Positions 17,975 to 27,743 of a stretch of DNA of 32,000 bases are shown piece by piece. Position 1 is the stretch's first letter. The number at the start of each line of letters is the position of its first letter. The notes beneath the pieces were generated by a model that had not been told where the DNA came from, searched no databases, and worked only from the letters and a program-made list of their open reading frames with translations. The position numbers and the translations under genes were made by a program. The DNA comes from Candidatus Profftella armatura (lineage in GTDB: Bacteria > Pseudomonadota > Gammaproteobacteria > Burkholderiales > Burkholderiaceae), in assembly GCF_000441555.1 (NCBI RefSeq), contig NC_021885.1, positions 60,001 to 92,000 of the forward strand, given 5' to 3'.

Positions 17975-20776
17975 ATGACACATCAGTACGAGAAATACAA
18001 TTTATATTCTTATTTTTATAGTGAAAATTTTTTATATATAGAATATTTATATAAGTCTTATTTAAAAAATCCAAATTCTGTATCAGAAGATTGGAAAATA
18101 TGTTTTGATTTAATGCAATCTATGAAATATAGAAATACACCAATAAATTTTAAAAATTTAAATAAAGAAAAGATAAATATTTTAGAAAATAATAAAAAAT
18201 TTAAATTAATATCTTTAATAGATAATTACCGTAGATTAGGCGTGTATTTTGCTAATTTAGATCCATTAAAACAAAAAATAAAAACAATAAATTTAGAATA
18301 TAAATTAAATATAAAATTTTATGATTTTAATGAATCCGATATGGATTCTGTTATTAATGTTAATAATATTTTTTTTGGAGTTAAAAAAACAACATTAAGA
18401 AATTTATTAAAATTTCTTAAAAATACTTATACTAGTAATATTGGATCTGAGTTTATGTATATTAATAATTTAGAAGAAGTTGAATGGATCCAAGAACAAT
18501 TAGAGTCCACTCAAGCAACTCCAAATTTTTCAAAAGAAAAAAAAAAAAATATTCTTTTTCTTCTTACTGCAGCAGAAGAATTTGAACATTATTTACATAA
18601 TCGTTATGTAGGGCAAAAACGATTTTCTTTAGAGGGTAGTGAAAGTTTCATTTTATCATTAAATGAGATTATTCAACATTCTGGTAAAAGAGGTATTCGT
18701 GAAATTGTCATAGGTATGGCTCATCGTGGGAGATTAAATGTTCTTGTAAATATTTTAGGAAAAAAACCAAAGGAATTATTTGATGAATTTGAAGATAAAA
18801 ATAGCGAAAATTTACTTTCTGGTGATGTAAAATATCATCAAGGATTTTCTTCTAATATTAATACCCCAGGAGGGGTAATTCATTTATCTTTAGCGTTTAA
18901 TCCTTCTCATCTAGAAATTATTAATCCTGTTGTTGAGGGGTCCGCTAAAGCAAGAATGGAAAGGAGAGATGATAAATTTGGTACACAAGTTTTACCAGTT
19001 TTAGTACATGGTGATGCTGCTTTTTCTGGTCAAGGTGTAGTAATGGAAACTTTAAATTTTTCTAAAATAGATAGTTATAATACTGGAGGAACTATACATA
19101 TTATAATTAATAACCAAATTGGTTTTACAACTAGTCCAAATGATTTACGTTCTACTTTATATTGCACAGATATAGGAAAAATAATTGAAGCACCAGTTTT
19201 TCATGTTAATGGAGACGATCCAGAATCTGTAATATTAGTAACTAAAATTGCTGTAGAGTATCGAATGAAATTTAAAAAAGATTGTATTATAAATATTATT
19301 TGTTTTCGTAAATTAGGGCATAATGAACAAGATACTCCATCATTAACGCAACCTTTAATGTATAAAAAAATTTTTAAACATCCCGGGATTCGTGAATTAT
19401 ATTCCAATAAATTGAAGATACAAAAAATTTTAACAAAAAATGAAAGTGAGAATATGATAAAAGAATTTAATGATATGATAAATTCAGGTAAATCTATTGT
19501 TAATTCTATACCATCAAATTTTATTTATGATAAATCTAAATCAGAATGGGCTCCATTTTTAAAAAATGGATATATTGATAATTGTAATACTTCAATATCT
19601 TTAGAAAAATTAAAATTTTTATCAAAAAAAATAACTAATATACCTAAAGGTTTTAAACTACATAAGTTAGTTAAAAAAATTTTAAAAGATCGAGTTGAAA
19701 TGGGATGCGGTAAATTGAATGTAGATTGGGGTATGGCAGAACATTTAGCGTATGCATCATTAGTTATATCTGGTTATGGAGTTCGTTTATCTGGACAAGA
19801 TTCTGGTAGAGGTACCTTTTCTCATCGTCATGCTATACTTTATAATCAGGATTATCAATATTCAGAAAAAGAAACTGATATATCAACCTATATACCCTTA
19901 CATAATGTTAGTAAGAATCAAGCAAAATTTCATATAATTAATTCAATTCTTTCAGAGGAAGCTATATTAGGATTTGAATATGGTTTTTCAACTGCTTCTC
20001 CAAATACATTAACAATTTGGGAAGCACAGTTTGGAGATTTTGCTAATGGTGCACAAGTAATTATTGATCAATTTATCAGTTCTAGTGAAGAGAAATGGGG
20101 TAGAATATCTGGCTTGACTCTTATGTTACCTCATGGTTATGAAGGACAAGGACCAGAACATTCTTCTGCTCGTTTAGAACGTTTTTTGCAATTATGTGCA
20201 AATAATAATATTCAAATAGTACAACCAACTTCTGCTTCTCAAATTTTTCATTTATTACGTTATCAAATAATTCGTCCAATTCGGAAACCATTAATCATTA
20301 TAACTCCTAAATCTTTATTACGTAAAAAGGAAGCATCTTCAACTTTAATGGATTTAGCAACCGGTAAATTTAATAAAATTATTAATGAAATAGATGATAT
20401 AATTGATCCTAAAAAAATAAAAAGAATTATTGCTTGTTCTGGTAAAATTTATTATGATTTATTTAATTTTCGAAAAAAGAAAAATAAAAATGATGTTGTA
20501 ATTATTCGTATTGAGCAACTTTATCCATTTCCTAATGAAGATTTTTTAAAAATTTTAAAAAAATTTAGATATTTTGAGAAATTAATATGGGCCCAAGATG
20601 AACCAAAAAATCAAGGTGCATGGCCGCAAATAAAAGAAAATATTTTAAAATATTTAAATTCAACTCAAAAATTAATATATGTGGGTCGTTCTTGTAGTGC
20701 TTCACCAGCTTCTGGATATTATAGTAAACATTGTAAAGAACAAATAACTTTATTAAATAATGCTTTTTTAAAATAA
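17975..20776 (+). CDS. sucA: 2-oxoglutarate dehydrogenase E1 component
   Basis: 933 aa with an N-terminal YLYKSYLKNPNSVSEDW segment, the ThDP-binding region HGDAAFSGQGVVMETLN, and GHNEQDTPS and LPHGYEGQGPEHSSARLERFLQ motifs. Confidence 0.97.
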   Translation: MTHQYEKYNLYSYFYSENFLYIEYLYKSYLKNPNSVSEDWKICFDLMQSMKYRNTPINFKNLNKEKINILENNKKFKLISLIDNYRRLGVYFANLDPLKQKIKTINLEYKLNIKFYDFNESDMDSVINVNNIFFGVKKTTLRNLLKFLKNTYTSNIGSEFMYINNLEEVEWIQEQLESTQATPNFSKEKKKNILFLLTAAEEFEHYLHNRYVGQKRFSLEGSESFILSLNEIIQHSGKRGIREIVIGMAHRGRLNVLVNILGKKPKELFDEFEDKNSENLLSGDVKYHQGFSSNINTPGGVIHLSLAFNPSHLEIINPVVEGSAKARMERRDDKFGTQVLPVLVHGDAAFSGQGVVMETLNFSKIDSYNTGGTIHIIINNQIGFTTSPNDLRSTLYCTDIGKIIEAPVFHVNGDDPESVILVTKIAVEYRMKFKKDCIINIICFRKLGHNEQDTPSLTQPLMYKKIFKHPGIRELYSNKLKIQKILTKNESENMIKEFNDMINSGKSIVNSIPSNFIYDKSKSEWAPFLKNGYIDNCNTSISLEKLKFLSKKITNIPKGFKLHKLVKKILKDRVEMGCGKLNVDWGMAEHLAYASLVISGYGVRLSGQDSGRGTFSHRHAILYNQDYQYSEKETDISTYIPLHNVSKNQAKFHIINSILSEEAILGFEYGFSTASPNTLTIWEAQFGDFANGAQVIIDQFISSSEEKWGRISGLTLMLPHGYEGQGPEHSSARLERFLQLCANNNIQIVQPTSASQIFHLLRYQIIRPIRKPLIIITPKSLLRKKEASSTLMDLATGKFNKIINEIDDIIDPKKIKRIIACSGKIYYDLFNFRKKKNKNDVVIIRIEQLYPFPNEDFLKILKKFRYFEKLIWAQDEPKNQGAWPQIKENILKYLNSTQKLIYVGRSCSASPASGYYSKHCKEQITLLNNAFLK

Positions 20777-20810
20777 AATTAAAATATTTTCGATATTATG
20801 GAGAAAATTT

Positions 20811-22010
20811 ATGGCACTTATTGAAGTAAAAATTCCAAAGTTATCAGAATCTATATCAGAAGCAACACTATTAAATTGGCATAAAAAAGAAGGAGAATTA
20901 GTTGTTCGTAATGAGAATTTAATTGATATTGAAACAGATAAAGTAATATTAGAATTACCGGCTCCACAAGACGGTATAATTAATAAAATTATTATTACTG
21001 ATGGATCTATTGTTACTTCTAATCAAGTAATTGCGCTAATTGATACTGATATTTCTAAATTAAGTTCTAAAACAGAAATAAAAAATAAAAAGGATATAAA
21101 AAATCTTAATACTATTGTAATGCCCTCTGCTAAAAAAATTCTTTCAGATAATAATTTAGAAATTTCTAAAATTAATAATGGAACAGGTAAAGATGGTCGT
21201 ATAATTAAAGAAGATGTTCTTAAAGTTTTATCATCAATAAAAAATATAAATCAAGAAAAACAAGAAAAATATAAACCATATTTAGATAGTATTTCTATAA
21301 AAAATAATTCTCGGTTAGAAGAGTGTGTTCCTATGAGTAGATTGCGTTTGTGTATTGCGGAACGTTTATTGCAATCACAAGCTAATAGTGCAATTTTAAC
21401 TACATTTAATGAAATTAATATGCAATCAATAATTGATTTGCGTTTAAAATATAAAGATAAATTTGAAAAAGAACATAATGTAAAATTAGGTTTTATGTCT
21501 TTTTTTGTAAAAGCAGTTGTTTCTGCTTTAAAACAATATCCAATTATTAATGCTTCAGTAGATGGTAATAATATTATTTATCATAAATATTATGATATAG
21601 GAATTGCTATTAGTTCATCTAGAGGATTGGTTGTTCCAATATTACGTAACGCAGATACAATGTCAATTGCTGATATTGAAAAAAAAATTAACGAATTTAT
21701 TAATAAAGCACAAGATAATAAACTTTTACCAGAAGAAATGAGTGGGGGTACGTTTACAATATCAAATGGAGGTGTATTTGGTTCTATGCTTTCAACTCCA
21801 ATTATTAATCCTCCTCAGTCAGCTATTTTAGGTGTTCATGCAATAAAAAAACGTGTTATTGTTGAAAATAATAATGTTGTAATTCGCCCAATTAATTATT
21901 TTGCATTATCATATGATCATAGAATAATAGATGGTCGTGAAGCAGTACTTAGTCTTATGGTAATTAAAAAAAATCTAGAAGATCCATATTGTTTATTATT
22001 AGATTTATAA
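20811..22010 (+). CDS. sucB: dihydrolipoyllysine-residue succinyltransferase (E2 of 2-oxoglutarate dehydrogenase)
   Basis: 399 aa with a single lipoyl domain (IETDKVILELPAP), a peripheral subunit-binding domain (PSAKKILSDNNLEISKINNGTGKDGRIIKEDV) and a catalytic domain with the DHRIIDG motif. Confidence 0.97.
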   Translation: MALIEVKIPKLSESISEATLLNWHKKEGELVVRNENLIDIETDKVILELPAPQDGIINKIIITDGSIVTSNQVIALIDTDISKLSSKTEIKNKKDIKNLNTIVMPSAKKILSDNNLEISKINNGTGKDGRIIKEDVLKVLSSIKNINQEKQEKYKPYLDSISIKNNSRLEECVPMSRLRLCIAERLLQSQANSAILTTFNEINMQSIIDLRLKYKDKFEKEHNVKLGFMSFFVKAVVSALKQYPIINASVDGNNIIYHKYYDIGIAISSSRGLVVPILRNADTMSIADIEKKINEFINKAQDNKLLPEEMSGGTFTISNGGVFGSMLSTPIINPPQSAILGVHAIKKRVIVENNNVVIRPINYFALSYDHRIIDGREAVLSLMVIKKNLEDPYCLLLDL

Positions 22011-22048
22011 AATAATTTTAAATAAATTTTAAATTAAAGAGTTTTATT

Positions 22049-23491
22049 ATGAATAAAAATTTTGATGTTATAGTTATTGGAGCTGGTCCTGGAGGATATG
22101 TCGCGTCAATTCGTTTAGCACAATTAGGATTTAAAACAGCTTGTATTGATGAATGGAAAGATAATGAAGAAAATTTTGCATTAGGCGGAACATGTACGAA
22201 TGTAGGCTGTATTCCATCTAAAGCTTTATTACAAACATCTCATTCATTTGAAAATGTAAAAAATTCGTTTTTTGAATATGGTATTAATACACAAAATGTA
22301 ACATTAAATTTACAAAAAATGTTAGAAAGAAAAAATAATATAATCAAAAAAAATAATTCAGGAATATTATTTTTATTCAAAAAAAATAAAATAAAATTTT
22401 TTCATGGTCACGCAATTTTTACTGGAAAAATACAGAATAATTTTCATGAAATTCAAATTATTAATAAAACCAAAGAAACTATTACCGCTAAATATATAAT
22501 TATAGCAACAGGTTCTAAGGCAAGATCTTTTCCGGGCGTAAAATTTGATGAAAATTTAATTTTATCTAACAAAGGTGCTTTAGAAATGATTAATGTTCCA
22601 AAAAAACTTTGTATTATTGGTGCTGGTGTAATTGGTCTTGAAATTGGAAGTATTTGGAGAAGATTGGGTTCTGAAGTTACAATTTTAGAGATGTCATCTA
22701 ATTTTTTAAATACAGTGGATGAAGAAATTGCAAAAAAAGCATTTCATTTATTAAATAAACAAGGATTAAATATAATTCTTAATACTAAAATACATGATAT
22801 TAAAATTAACAAAGAAAATGTTTTGATTAATTATTCTAATAAATCAACTAATGTAAAAACAGAAATAATTACATCAATTTTTGATAAATTACTTATTGCT
22901 ATAGGTAGAATTCCGAATACAAATAATTTAAATATTGATAAAATTGGTTTAAAGGTAAATGAAAATAATTTCATAATAGTTAACGATAATTGTGAAACTA
23001 ATATACCTAATATTTATGCAATTGGTGATGTTGTAAGGGGGCCAATGCTTGCTCATAAAGCAGAAGAAGAAGGAATTATGGTTGCTGAGCATATTTCCGG
23101 TCAAAAACATTCTATTAATTTTAATGCTTTACCTTTTGTTATTTATACTTTTCCTGAAATTGCTTCCGTTGGTAAAACTGAACAATATTTAAAAAAACAT
23201 AATATTTCTTATAATGTTGGTATATTTCCATTTTTAGCTAATAGTCGCGCGCGTATTTTAGGTGAAACATCTGGTATGGTTAAGATACTATCTGATATGA
23301 AGTCAGATGAAATTTTAGGTATTCATATTATCGGTCCAATGGCATCTGAATTAATTGCGGAAGCAGTTATAGCAATAGAATTTCGTGCGTCATCTGAAGA
23401 TATTGCACGTATATGTCATGTTCATCCATCATTATCAGAAGCAATGAAAGAAGCCGCTATGTCAATTGAAAATCGTTCTATTAATTATTAA
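22049..23491 (+). CDS. lpdA: dihydrolipoyl dehydrogenase (E3)
   Basis: 480 aa with the FAD motif VIVIGAGPGGY, the redox-active disulfide GGTCTNVGCIPSK, the NAD motif IIGAGVIGLE and the C-terminal HVHPSLSE interface motif. Confidence 0.95.
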   Translation: MNKNFDVIVIGAGPGGYVASIRLAQLGFKTACIDEWKDNEENFALGGTCTNVGCIPSKALLQTSHSFENVKNSFFEYGINTQNVTLNLQKMLERKNNIIKKNNSGILFLFKKNKIKFFHGHAIFTGKIQNNFHEIQIINKTKETITAKYIIIATGSKARSFPGVKFDENLILSNKGALEMINVPKKLCIIGAGVIGLEIGSIWRRLGSEVTILEMSSNFLNTVDEEIAKKAFHLLNKQGLNIILNTKIHDIKINKENVLINYSNKSTNVKTEIITSIFDKLLIAIGRIPNTNNLNIDKIGLKVNENNFIIVNDNCETNIPNIYAIGDVVRGPMLAHKAEEEGIMVAEHISGQKHSINFNALPFVIYTFPEIASVGKTEQYLKKHNISYNVGIFPFLANSRARILGETSGMVKILSDMKSDEILGIHIIGPMASELIAEAVIAIEFRASSEDIARICHVHPSLSEAMKEAAMSIENRSINY

Positions 23492-23503
23492 TTTATATTG
23501 TTA

Positions 23504-24559
23504 ATGAATTTTAAAGAATATTACATAAATTATTTAATTAAAAAAAAATATTATTTTGATTCTTCGCAGATTAAAGTAATTAATTATTTACAACTGATAT
23601 ATGAAAAATGGATAAAATATAATAAAAATTTTTTTAAAAAAATAATATTACGTAAAAAAGTTCCTCAAGGAATATATTTATGGGGGGATGTTGGTAGAGG
23701 AAAATCAGATATAATGAATTTTTTTTATTCTATGATTCCATTTGAAAAAAAAATTCGTTTTCATTTTTATGAATGGATAAAAAATATACATTATGAACTT
23801 CATAAATCAAAAAATTTATCAAATCCATTAGATAATATAGCATTAAAAGTATCTAAAAAATACTGGCTTATTTATTTAGATGAATTTCATATATCAGATA
23901 CAGCTAATGCTATAATTTTTTTTAATTTTTTTAAAAAATTACTTTATAATAATGTATATATTATTATGACATCGAATTATGATCCTAATTTATTGTACTC
24001 AAATAATTTACATAATAATCATATATTACCAATAATTAAACTATTAAAGGAAAAAATGGATATAGTAAATATTAACGGTAATACTGATTATAGATTTTTA
24101 TCAAAAAAAAATAGTCATTATTATGCACCAATAAATACTTTAAATAACAATAAATTATTGTATTTATTTAATAAAATAAAAAAAAAATCAAAAGAAAATT
24201 CATATATTTATGTTACTGGAAATCGTAAGATATATACAGTGCGTTGTTCTAAAGATATAATTTGGTTTGATTTTTTTACATTATGTAAAGGAACATATTC
24301 ACAAAATGATTATTTATATATTGTTAATAATTTTAAAAATATAATATTATCAAATGTTCCTTGTATGTCTATTGATATGTCTTTAGAAGCTCGTCGTTTT
24401 ACTTGGTTAATTGATATATTTTATGAATATAAAATAAAATTAATTATTTTAGCTGAAGTTGAGCCGGTTAAATTATATACGAAGGGCCCGTTATCAAATG
24501 AGTTTAAGCGTACAGTTTCTCGTATTATGGAAATGCAATATTTTTATTCTGAAAAATAA
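23504..24559 (+). CDS. zapE: AFG1/ZapE-family ATPase (track start TTG 23498; ATG 23504 preferred)
   Basis: Carries Walker A LWGDVGRGKS, Walker B LIYLDEFHISD, sensor MTSNYDP and the C-terminal motif FKRTVSRIMEMQ. Its position immediately downstream of lpdA matches the synteny I recall for Burkholiales-type (Burkholderiales) genomes. Confidence 0.85.
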   Translation: MNFKEYYINYLIKKKYYFDSSQIKVINYLQLIYEKWIKYNKNFFKKIILRKKVPQGIYLWGDVGRGKSDIMNFFYSMIPFEKKIRFHFYEWIKNIHYELHKSKNLSNPLDNIALKVSKKYWLIYLDEFHISDTANAIIFFNFFKKLLYNNVYIIMTSNYDPNLLYSNNLHNNHILPIIKLLKEKMDIVNINGNTDYRFLSKKNSHYYAPINTLNNNKLLYLFNKIKKKSKENSYIYVTGNRKIYTVRCSKDIIWFDFFTLCKGTYSQNDYLYIVNNFKNIILSNVPCMSIDMSLEARRFTWLIDIFYEYKIKLIILAEVEPVKLYTKGPLSNEFKRTVSRIMEMQYFYSEK

Positions 24560-24685
24560 AAATTTATTGAAAATGTAATTTTAAAAAATAAATATATATC
24601 TATTAAAAATTTGATTTTATTTAAAAATAAGTTAATTTTGATAAATTACTTAATAATATTAATAATAATTAATTTAAAAATTTAT

Positions 24686-25117
24686 ATGACAATCGAACAA
24701 ACATTATCAATTCTTAAACCAGATGCATTAGAAAAAAATATAGTAGGTGAAATTTATAATCGTTATGAAAAAATAGGCTTAAAAATTATAGCTGCCTATA
24801 TGAAGAAATTATCAAAAAATGATGTTGAAAAATTTTATTCAATACATAAAAATCGTCCTTTTTTTAAAAATTTAGTAAACTTTATGATTTCCGGTCCTGT
24901 ATTTATTCAAGTATTAGAGGGGGAAGATGCAATTAAAAAACATAGAATTTTAATAGGTGATACTGACCCAATAAAAGCAGCTAAAGGAACAATTCGCGCT
25001 GATTTTGCTGAATCAATTGATAAAAACATAGTACATGGTTCAGATTCTATTAAAAACGCAAAATTTGAAATTTCATATTTTTTTTCCATTTCAAATATTT
25101 ATTCAAAATATTTATAA
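24686..25117 (+). CDS. ndk: nucleoside diphosphate kinase
   Basis: From ATG 24686 the product is 143 aa, [14 protein letters not shown]...RPFF...NIVHGSDS (active-site His), with canonical Ndk length and N-terminus. The track's 168-aa version starts at a TTG (24611) and adds an unsupported hydrophobic extension. Confidence 0.95.
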   Translation: MTIEQTLSILKPDALEKNIVGEIYNRYEKIGLKIIAAYMKKLSKNDVEKFYSIHKNRPFFKNLVNFMISGPVFIQVLEGEDAIKKHRILIGDTDPIKAAKGTIRADFAESIDKNIVHGSDSIKNAKFEISYFFSISNIYSKYL

Positions 25118-25169
25118 AATACATTTAAACTTTTAAACTTATATTAATTTAATAAATGAAATAAATTTT

Positions 25170-26240
25170 ATGAAAATGACTAATTTATTGGATTTAAGTC
25201 CTTTAAAATTTGTTAATTATTGTAAAGAATTAGGTGAAATGCCATTTCGTGCTAAACAATTGCAAAAATGGATTCACAAATTTGGTGTATCTGATTTTAA
25301 TAAAATGACAGATCTTTCTATGTCTTTACGTAAAAAATTAAAAAATTCTGTATATATTAAAGCTCCTCATATAATGAGTGATCAAATTTCATTTGATGGA
25401 ACTCGTAAATGGATTTTTCATGTGAAAAAAAATATAATAGAAACTGTTTTTATTCCAGAAAAAAATAGAAATACTTTATGTATTTCAACACAAGTAGGTT
25501 GTGCAATAAATTGTATATTTTGTTCTACTGGAAGACAAGGATTTGTTCGAAACTTAACAGTTGGAGAAATTATTGGGCAATTATGGGTTACTGAATTTAA
25601 ATTACGTAGAGAAAAAAATATTAAAATTAATTCTCAAGGAAAACGTCAAATTACTAATATAGTAATGATGGGTATGGGGGAACCACTATTAAATTATAAA
25701 TCTACTATTGGTGCATTGAAATTAATATTAAGTGATCACGCCTATGGTTTATCAAGACGTCATGTAATACTTTCGACTAGTGGAATTATACCAATGATTG
25801 ATAAATTAGCGCAAGAATGTCCAGTAGAATTAGCGGTATCCTTGCATGCATCAAATAATAATTTAAGAAATAAATTAGTTCCTATAAGTAAAAAATATCC
25901 TTTAAAAGAATTAATATTAGCCTGTCATCGATATATTACTTACTCTCCGCGTCATATGATAACTTTTGAATATTGTATGCTTCATGGTATCAATGATACA
26001 GATATTCATGCTATAGAATTAATTTCTCTCATGAGAAAAAATAAAATATTAACTTCATGTAAAATTAATCTTATCCCATTTAATTGTTTTCCTAATTCTA
26101 ATTTAATATGCTCTAAAAATTCTCGTATAAAAATATTTGCAAAAATTTTAATGAATTCTGGTATTTTTGTTACTATACGTAAAATACGAGGTAATGATAT
26201 TAATGCGGCTTGCGGGCAATTATCGGGTAAAATATTATAA
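25170..26240 (+). CDS. rlmN: 23S rRNA/tRNA adenine-C2 methyltransferase, radical SAM (RlmN)
   Basis: 356 aa with the N-terminal FRAKQLQKWIH motif, the radical-SAM cluster CAINCIFCSTG, MGMGEPLLN, and the C-terminal catalytic Cys context INAACGQL. It follows ndk as in many proteobacteria. Confidence 0.93.
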   Translation: MKMTNLLDLSPLKFVNYCKELGEMPFRAKQLQKWIHKFGVSDFNKMTDLSMSLRKKLKNSVYIKAPHIMSDQISFDGTRKWIFHVKKNIIETVFIPEKNRNTLCISTQVGCAINCIFCSTGRQGFVRNLTVGEIIGQLWVTEFKLRREKNIKINSQGKRQITNIVMMGMGEPLLNYKSTIGALKLILSDHAYGLSRRHVILSTSGIIPMIDKLAQECPVELAVSLHASNNNLRNKLVPISKKYPLKELILACHRYITYSPRHMITFEYCMLHGINDTDIHAIELISLMRKNKILTSCKINLIPFNCFPNSNLICSKNSRIKIFAKILMNSGIFVTIRKIRGNDINAACGQLSGKIL

Positions 26241-26334
26241 TTAATAATTAATTAATTTTTAAAATTTATATTCAATTAAATTATTAACTAAAATTTATTT
26301 TTAATTATTAATTCTTTTATTAAATAAATATAAA

Positions 26335-27663
26335 ATGTTTAAAAAAAATAATAAAATGTATAGAATTAGAGGTATGAATGATATTTTACCTATCGATTCC
26401 GAATTATGGGAATTTTTAGAAAATAAAATATTTTTTTTATTTAAAAGTTATGGGTTTCAACAAATACGAACACCAATTCTCGAGTTTACTTCTTTATTTA
26501 TTCATTCTTTAGGAGAAGAAACTGATATTGTAAAAAAAGAAATGTATTCTTTTATTGATGAATTAAATGGAGATAATTTATCATTACGTCCAGAAGGGAC
26601 TGCAAGTGTTATACGATCAGTAATTGAAAATAATTTAATTTATGATGGACCAAAAAGACTTTGGTATAGCGGACCGATGTTTCGTCATGAAAGGCCTCAA
26701 TATGGAAGATATAGACAATTTTATCAAATTGGGGTGGAAGCCATTGGATTTCCTGGTCCAGATATTGATGCGGAATTAATTATAATGTGTTCTCGTTTAT
26801 GGAAAAATTTAAATTTAAAAAATATTTGTTTAGAACTTAATTCTATTGGAAATTTTAATGAACGAAAAAAATACTGTATTGATTTAATAAATTATATTAA
26901 AAAACATAAAGATTCAAAATGGTTTTGTGAAGATATAAAACATAGTTTATATTTGAATTCACTTCGTGTTTTGGATAGTAAAAATTTAATTATACGAGAA
27001 ATATTAATTAATGCACCAAAATTACTAGATTATTTAGAAAAAGATTCTTTAGATCATTTTTATGGTATTCAAAAAATTTTAAATTATAATAATATTTCTT
27101 ATAAAATTAATACAAAATTAGTAAGAGGAATGGATTATTATAATCGTACTGTTTTTGAATGGACCACTGATAAATTAGGCTCACAAAATTCTATATGCGG
27201 AGGTGGAAGATATGATTTTTTAATTAAAAAATTTAGTAACAAATTTGTTCCTGCATCTGGATTTGCGATAGGAATAGAACGGTTAATTGAGTTAATAAAA
27301 AAAATAAATATAAATCATAATTTTTCACATCAATGTGATATATATATAGTTCATGTAGGAAAAGAAGCGGAATTAAAAGCATTTGTATTATCTGAAAATT
27401 TACGAACATTAGGATTAAAGGTAATTTTAAATTGTGTTTTTAATAATATACATGAAAGTTTTAAATCTCAAATGAAGCGTGCTAATGCTAGTAATGCTAA
27501 TTTTGCCGCTATAATCGGAGAAAATGAAATAATAAATAATACTTTAATAATTAAAGATTTACGTAACAAATATGAGGATCCTACATTAAAACAAATTTCT
27601 ATTTCTTTTAAAGACGCGGAAAATTATTTTTATAAAAAGATTATTAAAAATATAAATAATTAA
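26335..27663 (+). CDS. hisS: histidine--tRNA ligase
   Basis: 442 aa with [32 protein letters not shown] and GGGRYD motifs plus a C-terminal anticodon-binding domain. An alternative ATG lies at 26356. Confidence 0.95.
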   Translation: MFKKNNKMYRIRGMNDILPIDSELWEFLENKIFFLFKSYGFQQIRTPILEFTSLFIHSLGEETDIVKKEMYSFIDELNGDNLSLRPEGTASVIRSVIENNLIYDGPKRLWYSGPMFRHERPQYGRYRQFYQIGVEAIGFPGPDIDAELIIMCSRLWKNLNLKNICLELNSIGNFNERKKYCIDLINYIKKHKDSKWFCEDIKHSLYLNSLRVLDSKNLIIREILINAPKLLDYLEKDSLDHFYGIQKILNYNNISYKINTKLVRGMDYYNRTVFEWTTDKLGSQNSICGGGRYDFLIKKFSNKFVPASGFAIGIERLIELIKKININHNFSHQCDIYIVHVGKEAELKAFVLSENLRTLGLKVILNCVFNNIHESFKSQMKRANASNANFAAIIGENEIINNTLIIKDLRNKYEDPTLKQISISFKDAENYFYKKIIKNINN

Positions 27664-27673
27664 ACTATTTAAA

Positions 27674-27698
27674 ACTTATTATTAATAATAAGTATTTT
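27674..27698 (+). terminator. possible weak intrinsic terminator after hisS
   Basis: A perfect 20-bp palindrome, ACTTATTATTAATAATAAGT (27674-27693), begins 11 nt after the hisS TAA and is followed by ATTTT (27694-27698). The stem is nearly all A/T with one C-G pair. It is therefore thermodynamically weak and not very improbable by chance in this composition. Confidence 0.3.
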
Positions 27699-27743
27699 AA
27701 AAAAAATTTTTTAAAATTATTTAAAAACTATATTAAATTAAAA

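Noticed and set aside
23498-23503. TTG start for zapE used by the ORF track.
   Set aside because: An ATG follows two codons downstream (23504), and there is no sequence evidence favouring TTG. The difference is two residues and functionally irrelevant.
24611-24685. A 25-codon hydrophobic N-terminal extension of Ndk ([25 protein letters not shown]) in the track ORF, which could look like a membrane anchor or signal sequence.
   Set aside because: It depends on a TTG start with no SD. ATG 24686 gives [14 protein letters not shown], which matches the canonical Ndk N-terminus and its 143-aa length. The extension has intergenic-like A/T composition.
7595-25089. Seven short ORFs in the track lie entirely inside larger genes on the opposite strand or in another frame: 7595-7786(-), 10612-10902(+), 12581-12895(+), 14009-14212(+), 16634-16873(+), 19201-19407(-) and 24907-25089(-).
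   Set aside because: Each is nested within a well-supported conserved gene (pheT, acnA, mdh, sdhA, gltA, sucA, ndk). Their products are low-complexity I/L/F/N/K-rich strings with no recognisable motifs and no SD. They are typical shadow ORFs of AT-rich DNA.
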